A stretch of 64,000 nt of DNA from the NCBI GenBank assembly GCA_963664015.2, contig CAXXLF010000002.1:704001-768000 (forward strand), in the 5' to 3' direction. This DNA is from Candidatus Binatia bacterium (GTDB lineage: Bacteria > Desulfobacterota > Binatia > UBA9968 > CAXXLF01). The position numbers and the translations under genes are program-made. This document shows, in pieces, positions 19,143 through 29,505 of this stretch. The notes beneath the pieces are model-generated. The model was not told the DNA's origin. It ran no database searches and worked only from the letters and a program-made list of their open reading frames with translations. The stretch's first letter is position 1; each line of letters starts with the position of its first letter.

Positions 19143-20570
19143 CTAGCTCGAGGCGGTGGTTCCCGTTCGTTGCAAAGGTATGCCCAACTGGTCCCACTCC
19201 CGATCAATTTTCTCCTGGGCCTTCGCCGAAGGAAGGCAGACCTTCGAATAGCTCTTGGCATCGTAGCGTGTGGCGTCGATGATCATCTTGGACGAGGTTA
19301 CGCCACGCTCTCCCGATTTCGTTAGTGGCATAGAGGGATCCAGGACAACGCCTTGCACCTCTTTGATGATATCCACATCCCGGTGTGGCTGGACACGCAT
19401 GGCCACCGCCCACTCCACTGAGAGCGGGTCGTAGGGGTCGACATCATCGTCTACGACAATTACCTGTTTGACAGCACGGCCGGCGATAGCCCCGAGTACG
19501 GCCAATCCCACGAATTTGCCGAAGCCTTCGAAGGGCTTTTCCACCGAGACCACAGCGTGAAGTACCCCTGCCGTCGCCGGCGTCATGTGAATCCGTTTGA
19601 TGCCCGGTAGCGTGATTTGACGCATGAGTTCCGCCTCTCGGGGCAAACCGATCATAACAGTGGATCCACTGGGTTGCCGTCCTTCGTAGGTTGAATCCAA
19701 AATGGGATGGTCCTGATGGGTAATCGCTTTTACTCGAATGGCCGGACGGGCCTTGCGGAACTCGCTGTAATAACCTGTAAATTCACCGAAGGGACCCTCA
19801 TCATGCACCAGCCCGGGGAGAAACTCCCCTTCGATAACAATCTGCGCTGACGCGGGGACTTCCAGTGGGATAGTGCGGCAGGGCACCATTTCCAGAGGCT
19901 TTCCTCTCAATGCGCCGGCTACGGCCAACTCATCAGTGCCGAAAGGCAAAGGCGCGCATGCGGCCATCGTCACCACCGGATCCGCCCCAAGCACAATCGC
20001 CACGGGGAAAGGCTCGTCCGGTCGCTTTTGCATTTGGAGTTTGAGATGACCGTAGGGTTGTATCTGAAGCCCCAGAGTGTTGCGATCGTGTACCTGGTTA
20101 CGATATATACCAACGTTTCGAACCCCGGTGGTAGGGTCTTTGGTCACATGGCATGAAAGTGTCAAAAAGGCCCCCCCATCGTTCGCGTTCCAGGTGGGTA
20201 TCGGTAATTGTGTGAGATCCACCTTGTCGCCTTCGAGGACATGCTGTTGGCATTCGCCCCGCTCGACCATGACAGGCGGGATGGGATTGGCGACTCGGCG
20301 ATTCCATTCTTCCTGCAACTGGTCGGGATCGACTCCAAGGGCCAGGGCATAGCGGCGACGTGTAGCCAGAAGTCCGACGGCAATAGGGAAATCCATTCCC
20401 CCCGGTTTCTCAAAGAGCAATCCCGGACCGTTATGGCGGATGTTCCTGTAGCTGATCGCTCCCAACTCCTGATCCAGCTCCACCGGAACCTTCACCCGTG
20501 CCAGTTCCCCAGCTGCTTCGAGGACCTCCAGATAGCTGCGAAGATCCTTTACTGGATAATCATTAGCCAT
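19143..20570 (-). CDS. UbiD-family decarboxylase #3
   Basis: 475 aa; DLRSYL, NVGIYR, EGPFGEFTGYY, VIVVDDDVDP, VEWAVAMRVQP, KMIIDAT. Confidence 0.93.
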   Translation of the reverse strand: MANDYPVKDLRSYLEVLEAAGELARVKVPVELDQELGAISYRNIRHNGPGLLFEKPGGMDFPIAVGLLATRRRYALALGVDPDQLQEEWNRRVANPIPPVMVERGECQQHVLEGDKVDLTQLPIPTWNANDGGAFLTLSCHVTKDPTTGVRNVGIYRNQVHDRNTLGLQIQPYGHLKLQMQKRPDEPFPVAIVLGADPVVTMAACAPLPFGTDELAVAGALRGKPLEMVPCRTIPLEVPASAQIVIEGEFLPGLVHDEGPFGEFTGYYSEFRKARPAIRVKAITHQDHPILDSTYEGRQPSGSTVMIGLPREAELMRQITLPGIKRIHMTPATAGVLHAVVSVEKPFEGFGKFVGLAVLGAIAGRAVKQVIVVDDDVDPYDPLSVEWAVAMRVQPHRDVDIIKEVQGVVLDPSMPLTKSGERGVTSSKMIIDATRYDAKSYSKVCLPSAKAQEKIDREWDQLGIPLQRTGTTASS

Positions 20571-20687
20571 TGGGACGCCCTCTCAAGTGTTATTATCGTT
20601 TTTTTCTGTTTCATATTTCAAATTCCCCCATACGCGGCTTCACCGTCATCATTAGCAGGCAGCTGAAACACACTGTTCGCAAGCCGC

Positions 20688-22088
20688 CTACCGGCCGTCG
20701 TGGATCCCATACCGGATCCACTCCCGTGCTACCTTCTCCATAACCTCGACCTTGGGTTCACAAACGAGCGGGTAATCTTTGGCATTGTAGCGCGTAGCAT
20801 CGATAATCCACTTGGAAACGCGCGACGGCCCTCTCTGTTCGTCGTGATCCATGGAAGGATCGAGAAAAACCCCCGTTACCTCGTTCAAAATCTCTATGTC
20901 CCGATGGGCCTGCACCCGGGTAGCCACCGCCCACTCCACCGCCACCGGATCGAAGGGATCGATGTCATCATCGACCACGATGACCTGCTTGATATAACGC
21001 CCCGCTTGGGTCCCCAGAACGGCGAGGCCGACATACTTCCCGAAGCCTTCGAAAGTCTTCTCCACTGACACAACCGCATGAAAGGCCCCACCGGCGGCAT
21101 CGGTCACGTAAACGCTTTTCAGGCCCGGCAGTTTGACCGTACGGAGGATCTCCGCGTCCCGGGGGACCCCCGTAAGGACGGAAGACTCATGGGGGGGCAT
21201 ACCTTCATAGGTCAGTTGAAGGATGGGGTTCTCCTGATGCGTGATCGCCTTCACGTGTATCACGTCACGCCGCATCTTGGGTCCCCCATAGTAGCCAGTA
21301 AACTCTCCGAAGGGCCCCTCTTCTCGCTGCTCTTCCGGATCAATCTCCCCTTCAATGACAATCTGCGCAGTGACAGGGACCTCCAAGGGAATCGTGCGGC
21401 AGGGAACCAACTCCATTGGCTTCCCCCGTAGCGCGCCCGCCACAGCCAATTCGTCGGTGCCGAACGGCAATGGTGAGGTGGCCGTTATCACCACCGTCGG
21501 GTCAGCGCCCAAGATGAGCGCCACGGGAAACGGTTTTCCCGGGGCCTTTCGCCTCTGCAGTGTCAGGTGTGTGTACGGCCCCGAGAGAATACCGAGGGTA
21601 TTACGGTCATGAACTTGATTACGGTAAAGGCCCACGTTACGAGTTCCCGTGTCAGGGTCCTTGCTCAGGTGCCCACAGAGGGTCAGATAGGGGCCGCCAT
21701 CGAGGTCGTTCCAAATGGGAACTGGAAACTTTGTTAGATCCACATCGTCGCCGATCATGACATGTTCCTGGCAGGCGCCTTTCTTGACTATCACCGGCGG
21801 CAGCGGATTGGCCGCACGCTCATTCCAGGTTGCCGCAAGCTGATCGGTTTCAACCCCCAGGGCCAGTGCATAACGCCGTCGGGACGCCAGCAGGTCCACG
21901 GCCAACGGAACATTTGAACCACCGGGGTGTTCGAATAAAAGCCCTGGCCCCCGATTTCTCAGATTGCGGTAGCAAACAGCTCCGATTTCCTGATCGAGGG
22001 AGAGGGGTGCTTTTATTCGAGCCAACTCCCCCGCCTCTTCAAGCACGGCCAGATAGCTGCGCAGGTCGGTCACTTCCCTATCTGCCAT
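20688..22088 (-). CDS. UbiD-family decarboxylase #4 (tandem paralog of #3)
   Basis: 466 aa; DLRSYL, NVGLYR, EGPFGEFTGYY, VEWAVATRVQA, KWIIDAT. Confidence 0.93.
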   Translation of the reverse strand: MADREVTDLRSYLAVLEEAGELARIKAPLSLDQEIGAVCYRNLRNRGPGLLFEHPGGSNVPLAVDLLASRRRYALALGVETDQLAATWNERAANPLPPVIVKKGACQEHVMIGDDVDLTKFPVPIWNDLDGGPYLTLCGHLSKDPDTGTRNVGLYRNQVHDRNTLGILSGPYTHLTLQRRKAPGKPFPVALILGADPTVVITATSPLPFGTDELAVAGALRGKPMELVPCRTIPLEVPVTAQIVIEGEIDPEEQREEGPFGEFTGYYGGPKMRRDVIHVKAITHQENPILQLTYEGMPPHESSVLTGVPRDAEILRTVKLPGLKSVYVTDAAGGAFHAVVSVEKTFEGFGKYVGLAVLGTQAGRYIKQVIVVDDDIDPFDPVAVEWAVATRVQAHRDIEILNEVTGVFLDPSMDHDEQRGPSRVSKWIIDATRYNAKDYPLVCEPKVEVMEKVAREWIRYGIHDGR

Positions 22089-22239
22089 TCGTCTTCCTCC
22101 TGACTGGCAAGGTTCACCACGCGTTTCATGGCAAACCTAATCAATATTCGATTGTTAATGAACCCGTCACCCGGTTCGAGATCGGTACGAAAAGAGTTAG
22201 CCCCGATCCAAATTTCACGCAGTTGTAGTTCGGATCCGG

Positions 22240-23979
22240 TCAGTGGCCCGCGCTGCCAATTCCCACCTTCCCACCGAATATACGGGCGCACAGCGCCGTG
22301 ACGACGACGATGATGGACGTCATAAAGGCAACCACTGAGCCACGTTCGAACTGGCCGCCGAAGGCGTAGTCCAGGGCCAATAGGGCCATGGTTCGCGATT
22401 GGGCCGAGCCCAGGAGCACAATAGTACTGATATCCCGCGCCGCAGACATGAAGCCGACCAAACCGACAACGATGAAGGTCGGTGTCATAATAGGCAGGAC
22501 GATCCTACGGTAGGTCTGGAGCCAGGACCCTCCGCTGATCCGCGCCGCCTCTTCCAGCTCGGGCCCGAGCTGGAGCAGGACGCTCTTGGTAATCTGAACT
22601 CCGAACGGCATACTCTTGATAAACAGAGCCAGGATCAGGAGATAAATCGAGCCGTACAAAAACAGCAGCACCCGGGTCTGAAAAACAGTCCAGAGCAAGG
22701 CGAGTCCCAAAAGAATTCCAGGAACGGCCCAGGGAAGCCACGATAGAAAATCGAGCACGTGACGTCCCGCGAACTTCGTCTTTATAATGACATATGCGAT
22801 CAAACCATAGAATACGATACCCGCCGTAGCGGTCCCAAGCCCAATAAGAATCGTATTTTTTACCGATTGCACGAGAAAGGGATCCGTAAATACCCGTTGC
22901 CAATTCTCAAGGGTCCATGGATCCGGGATATCGAAGTACCCGAAGGCCCGCATGAAGGTCCCCATGAACAACATGACAATGGGCGTCAGGGTAACCGAGA
23001 GAGCCAGCAGGAGGACCGCGGCAAATATGGGCCAGCGCCAGCGGCCGAGGGACACGGGCCGGGTGCTGAAGCCCTTGCCGGTCACCGTGCGATACATCCT
23101 CCGCCCTACATACCAGCGCTGGACAAACACGAGGACGAGCAAGACGATCAGGAACATGGTGCCCAACGCAGTGGCAGGAGCGTATTCCGGCGGCTCGTAC
23201 GACACCAGGTCGCGTATCTTGGTCGAGTAGACGAACAGGCCGATGGGAACTCCCAACAACAGCTCGATCTCAAAGGCCTCCATGGAGCGGATAAGCCCAA
23301 GGACCGTCGAGACTAAGATGGCCGGCATCATGAGCGGCACGACGACTCGAAAGATCGTCCCGAACGTACTTGCCCCGCAACTGCGCGATGATTCCTCAAG
23401 TGTAGCGTCGAGATTCCGAAAGGCCGGCGCTAAGAGCAGCACCTTGACCCCCAGGGTCGTCGTCATGTGGACCCAGACGATCCCCCAGTAAGAATAAACA
23501 TTAAAAACCGCACTATCGATAAATGGAAGCTTTTGCAGCCATATATTCAACAGTCCGAACTTGTCGTCGAGCATAAGGATCCACCCCAACGCGACCGGTA
23601 ACGAAGGGAGAAAGAATGAGACCCAGAAGGTGAACTCGAGACCGCCTTTCCCCGGCAGGTCCGTCCGGGCAATGAGCCATGCAAGCACAATACCGATAAC
23701 CAAAGCGATGGATTGGCGGGTTACCGCCAGGGAGACCGTGTTCCACAGAGCATCCAGAATCGAGGGATCGGAGAAAGCCTGCACCCAGCCATCCATCCCG
23801 TAGGTCGGTATCTGGCCCGGGCGGCCCAATTGGAAGCTGTTGACCAGCATCAAGGTGAGGGGCGTGATAACAAGGAAGGCAACCACACCCAACAACAAAC
23901 ACATCAGGATCGTCGCCGGCTCCAGGGTGAATCTACCGGTTGGAGTTGGTTTTATTTCGGATGCAGAGGATTCAATCAT
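22240..23979 (-). CDS. ABC transporter permease (FbpB/iron(III)-type, two fused TM domains)
   Basis: Two EAA-like loops (LEESSRSCGAS; LEEAARISGGS) and many TM segments. Confidence 0.9.
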   Translation of the reverse strand: MIESSASEIKPTPTGRFTLEPATILMCLLLGVVAFLVITPLTLMLVNSFQLGRPGQIPTYGMDGWVQAFSDPSILDALWNTVSLAVTRQSIALVIGIVLAWLIARTDLPGKGGLEFTFWVSFFLPSLPVALGWILMLDDKFGLLNIWLQKLPFIDSAVFNVYSYWGIVWVHMTTTLGVKVLLLAPAFRNLDATLEESSRSCGASTFGTIFRVVVPLMMPAILVSTVLGLIRSMEAFEIELLLGVPIGLFVYSTKIRDLVSYEPPEYAPATALGTMFLIVLLVLVFVQRWYVGRRMYRTVTGKGFSTRPVSLGRWRWPIFAAVLLLALSVTLTPIVMLFMGTFMRAFGYFDIPDPWTLENWQRVFTDPFLVQSVKNTILIGLGTATAGIVFYGLIAYVIIKTKFAGRHVLDFLSWLPWAVPGILLGLALLWTVFQTRVLLFLYGSIYLLILALFIKSMPFGVQITKSVLLQLGPELEEAARISGGSWLQTYRRIVLPIMTPTFIVVGLVGFMSAARDISTIVLLGSAQSRTMALLALDYAFGGQFERGSVVAFMTSIIVVVTALCARIFGGKVGIGSAGH

Positions 23980-24049
23980 GATCAAGAGGCCCCAAGGACG
24001 CGGTGTTAATTTATTAATCTATCCGACGCGGAACCTACGACACGGATGC

Positions 24050-25138
24050 TTAGCGCCGGCGCCTGAATACGCTCTGCACCAAGCTGATAACCTTTTTCTT
24101 ATTCCGCATGGCGCGCTCGTCGTACGTTTTAATGGCCCCAGGCTGAGGGACACGCCATTCAAACGTATGGTCCGTGGGAACGTCGTTACGGGCGCTAACG
24201 TAGCCCATGATCTTCGGGAAGATCCTCTGGCCGTCACGGGAGAGCAGCCAGTTAATATACACCTTGGCGGCATTGGGATGGGGTGCCCCTTTGTAGATGG
24301 CCACCGCACCGTTGGCGGGACTTACATCGGAGCCTTCGCGCAACTGGCGCGGGTCTACGATGCCGATGGGTAATCCCTGTTTCATCTTGAGCTCGATGAG
24401 GAAATCGGCAGTGCCGATGAGGACAGGAAAACGACCATGGCCGAGGTCATCCCCTTCTACCGTATAGTCCCGCTGTATGCGTAAATCCTGTTTGGCCAGG
24501 GCCCGGATAAAATCAGGACCTAACTCGGGGTGAAGGTAAAAGAATGTAAACGTGGCCTGGCCAGGGCCCGGCCTTGTGGGGTCATCCACGGCCAGCTTTC
24601 CCTTCCACTTGGGGTCCAACAGGTCCTTGTAGGACTTGAACTGCTTTGGATTCACCATCTTTGTATTGTAAAAAATGGTCCCGCGCTGAAACGGGGTCAT
24701 GATCCCAATCTCTGCGCCCTTGCCCAGAATTTCCAGGCCACCGCCGCGCCAGTGCTTGGCATCGGTAACTTCGGGGAGGATCAGTGCCGGCCGCAAAGGC
24801 TGAAACGCCCCCGCCGGAACCATGACAGTCAGCCCCGTGGTCGTGCCATGGACGAATACATCCCACCGGTATTGGCGCGCCCTGCGTTCAGCCATAATGC
24901 GGGGCGAAATCTCACGCCCCGAGGCGCCGAAGAAATTGACTTTGATCCCAAATTTATCTGTGAACGGTTTTGTGAGCGCATCACGGGACTGGACCCCTGC
25001 TGGGCCCGAGACTGCGACTTCGCCCTCTTGTCTGGCCGCCTTTAAAACCTTGTCCCATTCTTCCTGCCAGGCAGATTCACCAACTGAACCGATTGAGAGG
25101 AAAACGACAGCGATAAATATTCCAATGTAACGTCTCAT
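24050..25138 (-). CDS. ABC transporter extracellular solute-binding protein (AfuA/FbpA-like)
   Basis: Signal-peptide-like N-terminus; AARQEGEV, DLLDPKWKGK, APHPNAAKVYINWLLSRDGQ. Confidence 0.9.
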   Translation of the reverse strand: MRRYIGIFIAVVFLSIGSVGESAWQEEWDKVLKAARQEGEVAVSGPAGVQSRDALTKPFTDKFGIKVNFFGASGREISPRIMAERRARQYRWDVFVHGTTTGLTVMVPAGAFQPLRPALILPEVTDAKHWRGGGLEILGKGAEIGIMTPFQRGTIFYNTKMVNPKQFKSYKDLLDPKWKGKLAVDDPTRPGPGQATFTFFYLHPELGPDFIRALAKQDLRIQRDYTVEGDDLGHGRFPVLIGTADFLIELKMKQGLPIGIVDPRQLREGSDVSPANGAVAIYKGAPHPNAAKVYINWLLSRDGQRIFPKIMGYVSARNDVPTDHTFEWRVPQPGAIKTYDERAMRNKKKVISLVQSVFRRRR

Positions 25139-25327
25139 AATGCACATCCTTCCCGATCCGCGCAATTTCACGAGTGTTCTTATAGGCTTAAAGTACCCGT
25201 TTTGGTACCATTTTTACATATTTCTGTCAACTAAACCTCTGTTAATGGAAAGCTTCAGGAATAATCGCGGGCGTAATCGACGGTACGATTCACCCATGGG
25301 TTAACCCTGCCCATATTCCAATCTTGG

Positions 25328-25361
25328 TTGACAGGGTAAACGTTGATTTACTATGTTCGCT
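25328..25361 (+). promoter_or_regulatory. Putative promoter of MDR #1
   Basis: TTGACA-N18-TATGTT followed by CGCT; the same arrangement occurs at 28912. Confidence 0.45.
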
Positions 25362-25426
25362 ACGGAGATCGCCACCAACTCATACGAGAGGTTTGTTAGG
25401 AACCACAACCGGAAGGGGGAACTCTG

Positions 25427-26569
25427 ATGCAAGGCAACATGAAGGCTGCTCGTTTCCACGGCTCCAGAGGCCGTGATGGGAAACAGGACGTAGTACGGGT
25501 CGAAGAGATACCCATACCCGACATTGAACGGGGAGAAGTTCTGGTACGCGTTTTACGGGCCGGGCTCAATCACGGAGACCTGCACATGAGGGAGGACGGC
25601 ATCACTTACGCTCCCGATGTGAACGCAATCCCCTATCTGCCCATGACCATCGGCCACGACGGCGTCGGCGAGGTGGTCGAAGTCGGTCCGGAGGTAACCA
25701 ACGTAAAACCAGGCGACCGTGCCGTCATCATGTGCGCCATCACATGCGGATTTTGCAAATACTGCCGCACCGACCGCCAGAACCTTTGCCCATCACACAA
25801 AACCATGGGCTTTGTGGCCAACTTCGGAGCGAAACAATTCCCCGAGCGGCTGCTCCGGTACAAAGACGGCCTGTGGGCCGAGTATGCCCGGGTGCCGGCC
25901 ACCAACGTATGCCCACTCAAGCCGGAAGACGACACGGATGTTATGAGTAAGGTATCCCAGATCGCGGTGGGCTATCGGGCCTTGAAGCGGGCGCGGTTTC
26001 ACAGTGGAGAGACCCTCATTGTCCATGGGGGTTCCGGAATTACGGGCGTCGGGACCATCATCAGCGCCCTGATCATGGGGGCCTCCAGAGTCATCGCCGT
26101 AGCACGAAACCCCGTACCCCTGGAACAGGTCCGGGCCATCGATCCACAGCGTATCTTCACGGTGTCCCTAGGACGGGGCGAGTCCATTTCGGAACGGGTG
26201 CAGGAGCTGACGGGAGGTCAAGGGGCCAGCGTTCTCGCCGACGTGTCCCCGGCCGGCGCCGAGACCATGGTGGAGTGCCTGAAGAATCTCGAGGCTGGAG
26301 GCCGCGTGACTCTCGTTGCCGCAAATCCCGAGTTACTCCAAATTCCCATACGCTACCTCATGATCCGGAACATCGAGTTCACGAGCACCACGGGGCGCCA
26401 CTACGCCGACGTCCCGGAGCTTCTGGATTTGGCGCGCGCCGGGGTCATCGACACGGGACCCATTACCTCCCGATCCTTTCCCTTGGAGGCCGCCAACCAG
26501 GCCCTGGACTACATCAAGACCCGCGGTTCAAACGATCCCCGCTGGCCCATGTATGCACCGGACGCATAG
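25427..26569 (+). CDS. MDR-family (zinc alcohol dehydrogenase-like) oxidoreductase #1
   Basis: 380 aa; GHDGVGEVVEVG, structural-Zn CGFCKYCRTDRQNLC, Rossmann VHGGSGITGVG; the catalytic Cys position reads GLNHGD. Confidence 0.88.
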   Translation: MQGNMKAARFHGSRGRDGKQDVVRVEEIPIPDIERGEVLVRVLRAGLNHGDLHMREDGITYAPDVNAIPYLPMTIGHDGVGEVVEVGPEVTNVKPGDRAVIMCAITCGFCKYCRTDRQNLCPSHKTMGFVANFGAKQFPERLLRYKDGLWAEYARVPATNVCPLKPEDDTDVMSKVSQIAVGYRALKRARFHSGETLIVHGGSGITGVGTIISALIMGASRVIAVARNPVPLEQVRAIDPQRIFTVSLGRGESISERVQELTGGQGASVLADVSPAGAETMVECLKNLEAGGRVTLVAANPELLQIPIRYLMIRNIEFTSTTGRHYADVPELLDLARAGVIDTGPITSRSFPLEAANQALDYIKTRGSNDPRWPMYAPDA

Positions 26570-26647
26570 GCCCATCGGGAAATCGTTTAAGAGAGCACGG
26601 TTTAAAAATGGTCGACCGGATCCTTCGAAGAGAAAGGAAACTTTAAA

Positions 26648-27613
26648 ATGGAAGAAAACCCACGTACCCATGCACGCCCCGTGACCACTCGTTCCCGTCT
26701 AGTCCTAGAGATGGTCTCTGAGCTAGTTGGGCTCGAAGAGTGGAAGGACAAGCAGGTCAAAATATCCCTTCGGGAACAGGGAGCTCCCCGTTGGAACCTT
26801 TGCTTTTTCGCTAGCGACTCACCCAGTGGCATCGAGGAAGTGATTCGTGGAGACGCCGATCTGGGCATCATCAACCCTGTGGAGCCCCTGACACTCGCCT
26901 ACCGTGGAACCGGACCCTATAAAACCCCCTCACCCCTGAGAGTCATTACGACCATACCATCAGCGGATCAGCTTGGATTTGCTGTCACCGAAGATACTGG
27001 CTTGAACTCGTTGGCGGACGTTCGCGAGCGCCGCTTTCCGCTAAGGGTAACTCTCCGCGGCCAGCGGGCGCACTCCGTACATCCCATGGTGGAAGACACT
27101 CTCGCTGCCTATGGATATTCCTTGGACGATATCCGGTCCTGGGGCGGGGAAGTGCGCTACGATCCTGGCCTCCCTGATGCTCCAAATCGTATCGGCGCAG
27201 TTGAGCGTGGAGAGGTGAATGCCATTTTTGACGAGGCGGTTAATGTATGGGGCGATATGGCGCTGGACTTGAAAATGCGATTTTTAACCTTAGAAGAACC
27301 GATCCTCAAAAAGCTTGAGGCCGTCGGCTACCGCAGGGCTCTTATCACCAAAGCTGCTGCTCCCAAGATTACCAAGGATGTTATGAGCCTCGATTTCAGT
27401 GGTTGGGCCCTCTTCACCCGTGCGGATGTGTCAGACGAGGTAGTTACGTTTATCTGCCGTGGCCTAGAGGCACGGAAAGATAAAGTTCCGTGGCAGGGGA
27501 CCGGACCGTTGCCGCTGGAGCGGATGTGCTATGACAGCCCCGAAACCCCAATGGCCGTCCCATTGCATGCGGCGGCAGAACGTTTCTGGCGTGAGCGCGG
27601 TTACCTACGCTAG
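26648..27613 (+). CDS. TAXI-family (TRAP-type) solute-binding-fold protein
   Basis: 321 aa; LTLAYRGTGPY, LRVITTIPS, SLADVRERRFPLRV, PLHAAAERFWRERGYL C-terminus; no obvious signal peptide. Confidence 0.7.
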   Translation: MEENPRTHARPVTTRSRLVLEMVSELVGLEEWKDKQVKISLREQGAPRWNLCFFASDSPSGIEEVIRGDADLGIINPVEPLTLAYRGTGPYKTPSPLRVITTIPSADQLGFAVTEDTGLNSLADVRERRFPLRVTLRGQRAHSVHPMVEDTLAAYGYSLDDIRSWGGEVRYDPGLPDAPNRIGAVERGEVNAIFDEAVNVWGDMALDLKMRFLTLEEPILKKLEAVGYRRALITKAAAPKITKDVMSLDFSGWALFTRADVSDEVVTFICRGLEARKDKVPWQGTGPLPLERMCYDSPETPMAVPLHAAAERFWRERGYLR

Positions 27614-27741
27614 GTCTATTCCCAATAGCGCGTAGCGTTCGGACACGGGCAATTCTCGTTGATTCTTTAGCGTTAGGAATCGATCCGTAACTCTTCAATT
27701 CTGTTAGCCGACTTAACACTCTTCGCTTATCGCTCGCCCCG

Positions 27742-28763
27742 TCAGGACGGCAACGCCACTGAGGAGCCAAGCAAGTTGAGAGCGTTCTCGCATTCGATCT
27801 TACGCCTGACCTGCACCGGTACGTTCAAGGCGACAATTTCTTCCATGGTGGAAGGAATGCCATCCTCGAGCAGGGTATAAGGATAGTCGCCTCCTAGCAC
27901 AATCACGTGGTCACCGGCCTCGGCCATAACGATGGACAGGACATGTCGGTCCAGAGTGTGGGTATCGAGCCAGATGTGGGAGAGGTAATCGCCCAGAGTC
28001 TTTGTGGCCCAGGCTGGAAGGGCCTCGCCGTGTTGCTCATGGACTCGTATAGCCTGACGACGATGATAATCCCATCAACCGCAACAGATAGGCGTCATTC
28101 CCCCCGAGCTGACAGAACATGAACCTGACATCCGGATACTTATCGAAAGTTCCGTTGGTCGCCATGCGGAGGATACACAGCGCGTCGTCGATAAAGAGAC
28201 CGAATCCACCCCCTAAGAAACATATTGTCGAGGCGCAGGGCTTTCATCCATTGATCGGGAACCGTGCTGGGATGGACCAAGACCGGCACATCCCGATCCC
28301 GCGCAAGATCGAATATGGGCTCAAAGACCGGATCGTCCAGCGCAATTCCATCGTAGCTGGCCACCAGTCCAATGGCTACAATGGCCGGCAGCGACAGCGA
28401 GCGATCCAGTTGCCGAATCGCCTCCTTGCCCCCGAAGGGATCCACAGATGCCGCCGCCAAGAATTTACCATTGTGGGAAGCGAGATCCTCCGACATGGAT
28501 CGATTGTAGTCCTCGACGGTCTCGTTTAGTGAACCGCCCAGGGCGCGCAACCCCGCCAGGAGGGAACCATGCTCGACAACAATACCGACATCCACATCGG
28601 ACTTCCCCATCAGGTTTTCATGAACCGATAGGTCCCGCCAGCCAGGCCTGGCGGCAACAATATCTTGAACGGCCCCCCGTCCCGCCCGGTGTCTGGTGAG
28701 CTGTTCGGCAAAGGCCGAAGGCAGGGAATGAACATTACAGTCGATGCGGCGGATGGTGGACAT
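27742..28763 (-). pseudogene. Amidohydrolase_2 (LigW/ACMSD-like) pseudogene
   Basis: IDCNVH...PVLVHP, then a frameshift in the G-run near 28210; continues TFDKYPDVRFMFCQLGG...CG*W (in-frame TGA near 28075) and GGDYPY...ENALNLL. Confidence 0.8.
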
Positions 28764-28911
28764 AGGACCTTTCCAGATAATGAATTACCGTTTAACTTCT
28801 TAACTGGTAACACTACGGCCATCTAACAAACGGTTTCAGTCCCTCTCAAGCCGCCCTCAGCCGTGTCTGGGTTGCAAATAAGGTGTCTCAACTAAGGCTC
28901 AAGGGCATTAC

Positions 28912-28946
28912 TTGACAAGGGGCTTTGCCACCGGCTATGTTTCGCT
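28912..28946 (+). promoter_or_regulatory. Putative promoter of the coxG-led operon
   Basis: TTGACA-N18-TATGTT followed by TCGCT. Confidence 0.45.
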
Positions 28947-28991
28947 CTGAACGCAGCAATGCGCAAAATGCATCATGAATGTGGGGGCTGG

Positions 28992-29438
28992 ATGAAAATT
29001 ACTGGACGATACTCATTCCCGGGATCAACCAAACAGGTCTGGGACTTGCTCACGGACGTGAAGGCACTGCAGAACTGCACACCGGGATGTAAAGGGATGG
29101 AGGAAATTGGCCCGGACGAATACAAGGCAACCATGGAAATCGGTGTCGGCCCGATCAACGGGTCCTTCAGCGGAAAAATTCGTATGGCGGATAAGGAAGA
29201 GCCCAATCGTTACAAGTTGTACGTCGAGGGTTCGGGAATGGTTGGTTTTGTTAAGGGTGAGGGTTTACTGGAGCTTCAAGTGGAGGAAGCCGATAAGACC
29301 GCCGTTCTGGTTAGCGGGGACGCTCAAGTCGGGGGCCTGGTCGCAGGAGTCGGGCAGCGCCTGCTGGAGGGAGTGTCGAAACAGTTCATTGGTCAATTTT
29401 TCAAGTGCATGGCAAGCCAGCTTGCCGAACGAAAGTAA
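28992..29438 (+). CDS. coxG: CoxG/SRPBCC-family accessory protein
   Basis: VWDLLTDVKALQNCTPGC, IGVGPINGSFSG, GDAQVGGLVAGVGQRLLEGVSKQFIGQFF. Confidence 0.88.
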   Translation: MKITGRYSFPGSTKQVWDLLTDVKALQNCTPGCKGMEEIGPDEYKATMEIGVGPINGSFSGKIRMADKEEPNRYKLYVEGSGMVGFVKGEGLLELQVEEADKTAVLVSGDAQVGGLVAGVGQRLLEGVSKQFIGQFFKCMASQLAERK

Positions 29439-29505
29439 AACTCATTTTACGAGCGATTTCTAACTAGTTAATCTTGGATAAAGCGGGTAAGCGTCGGAGG
29501 GGCTC

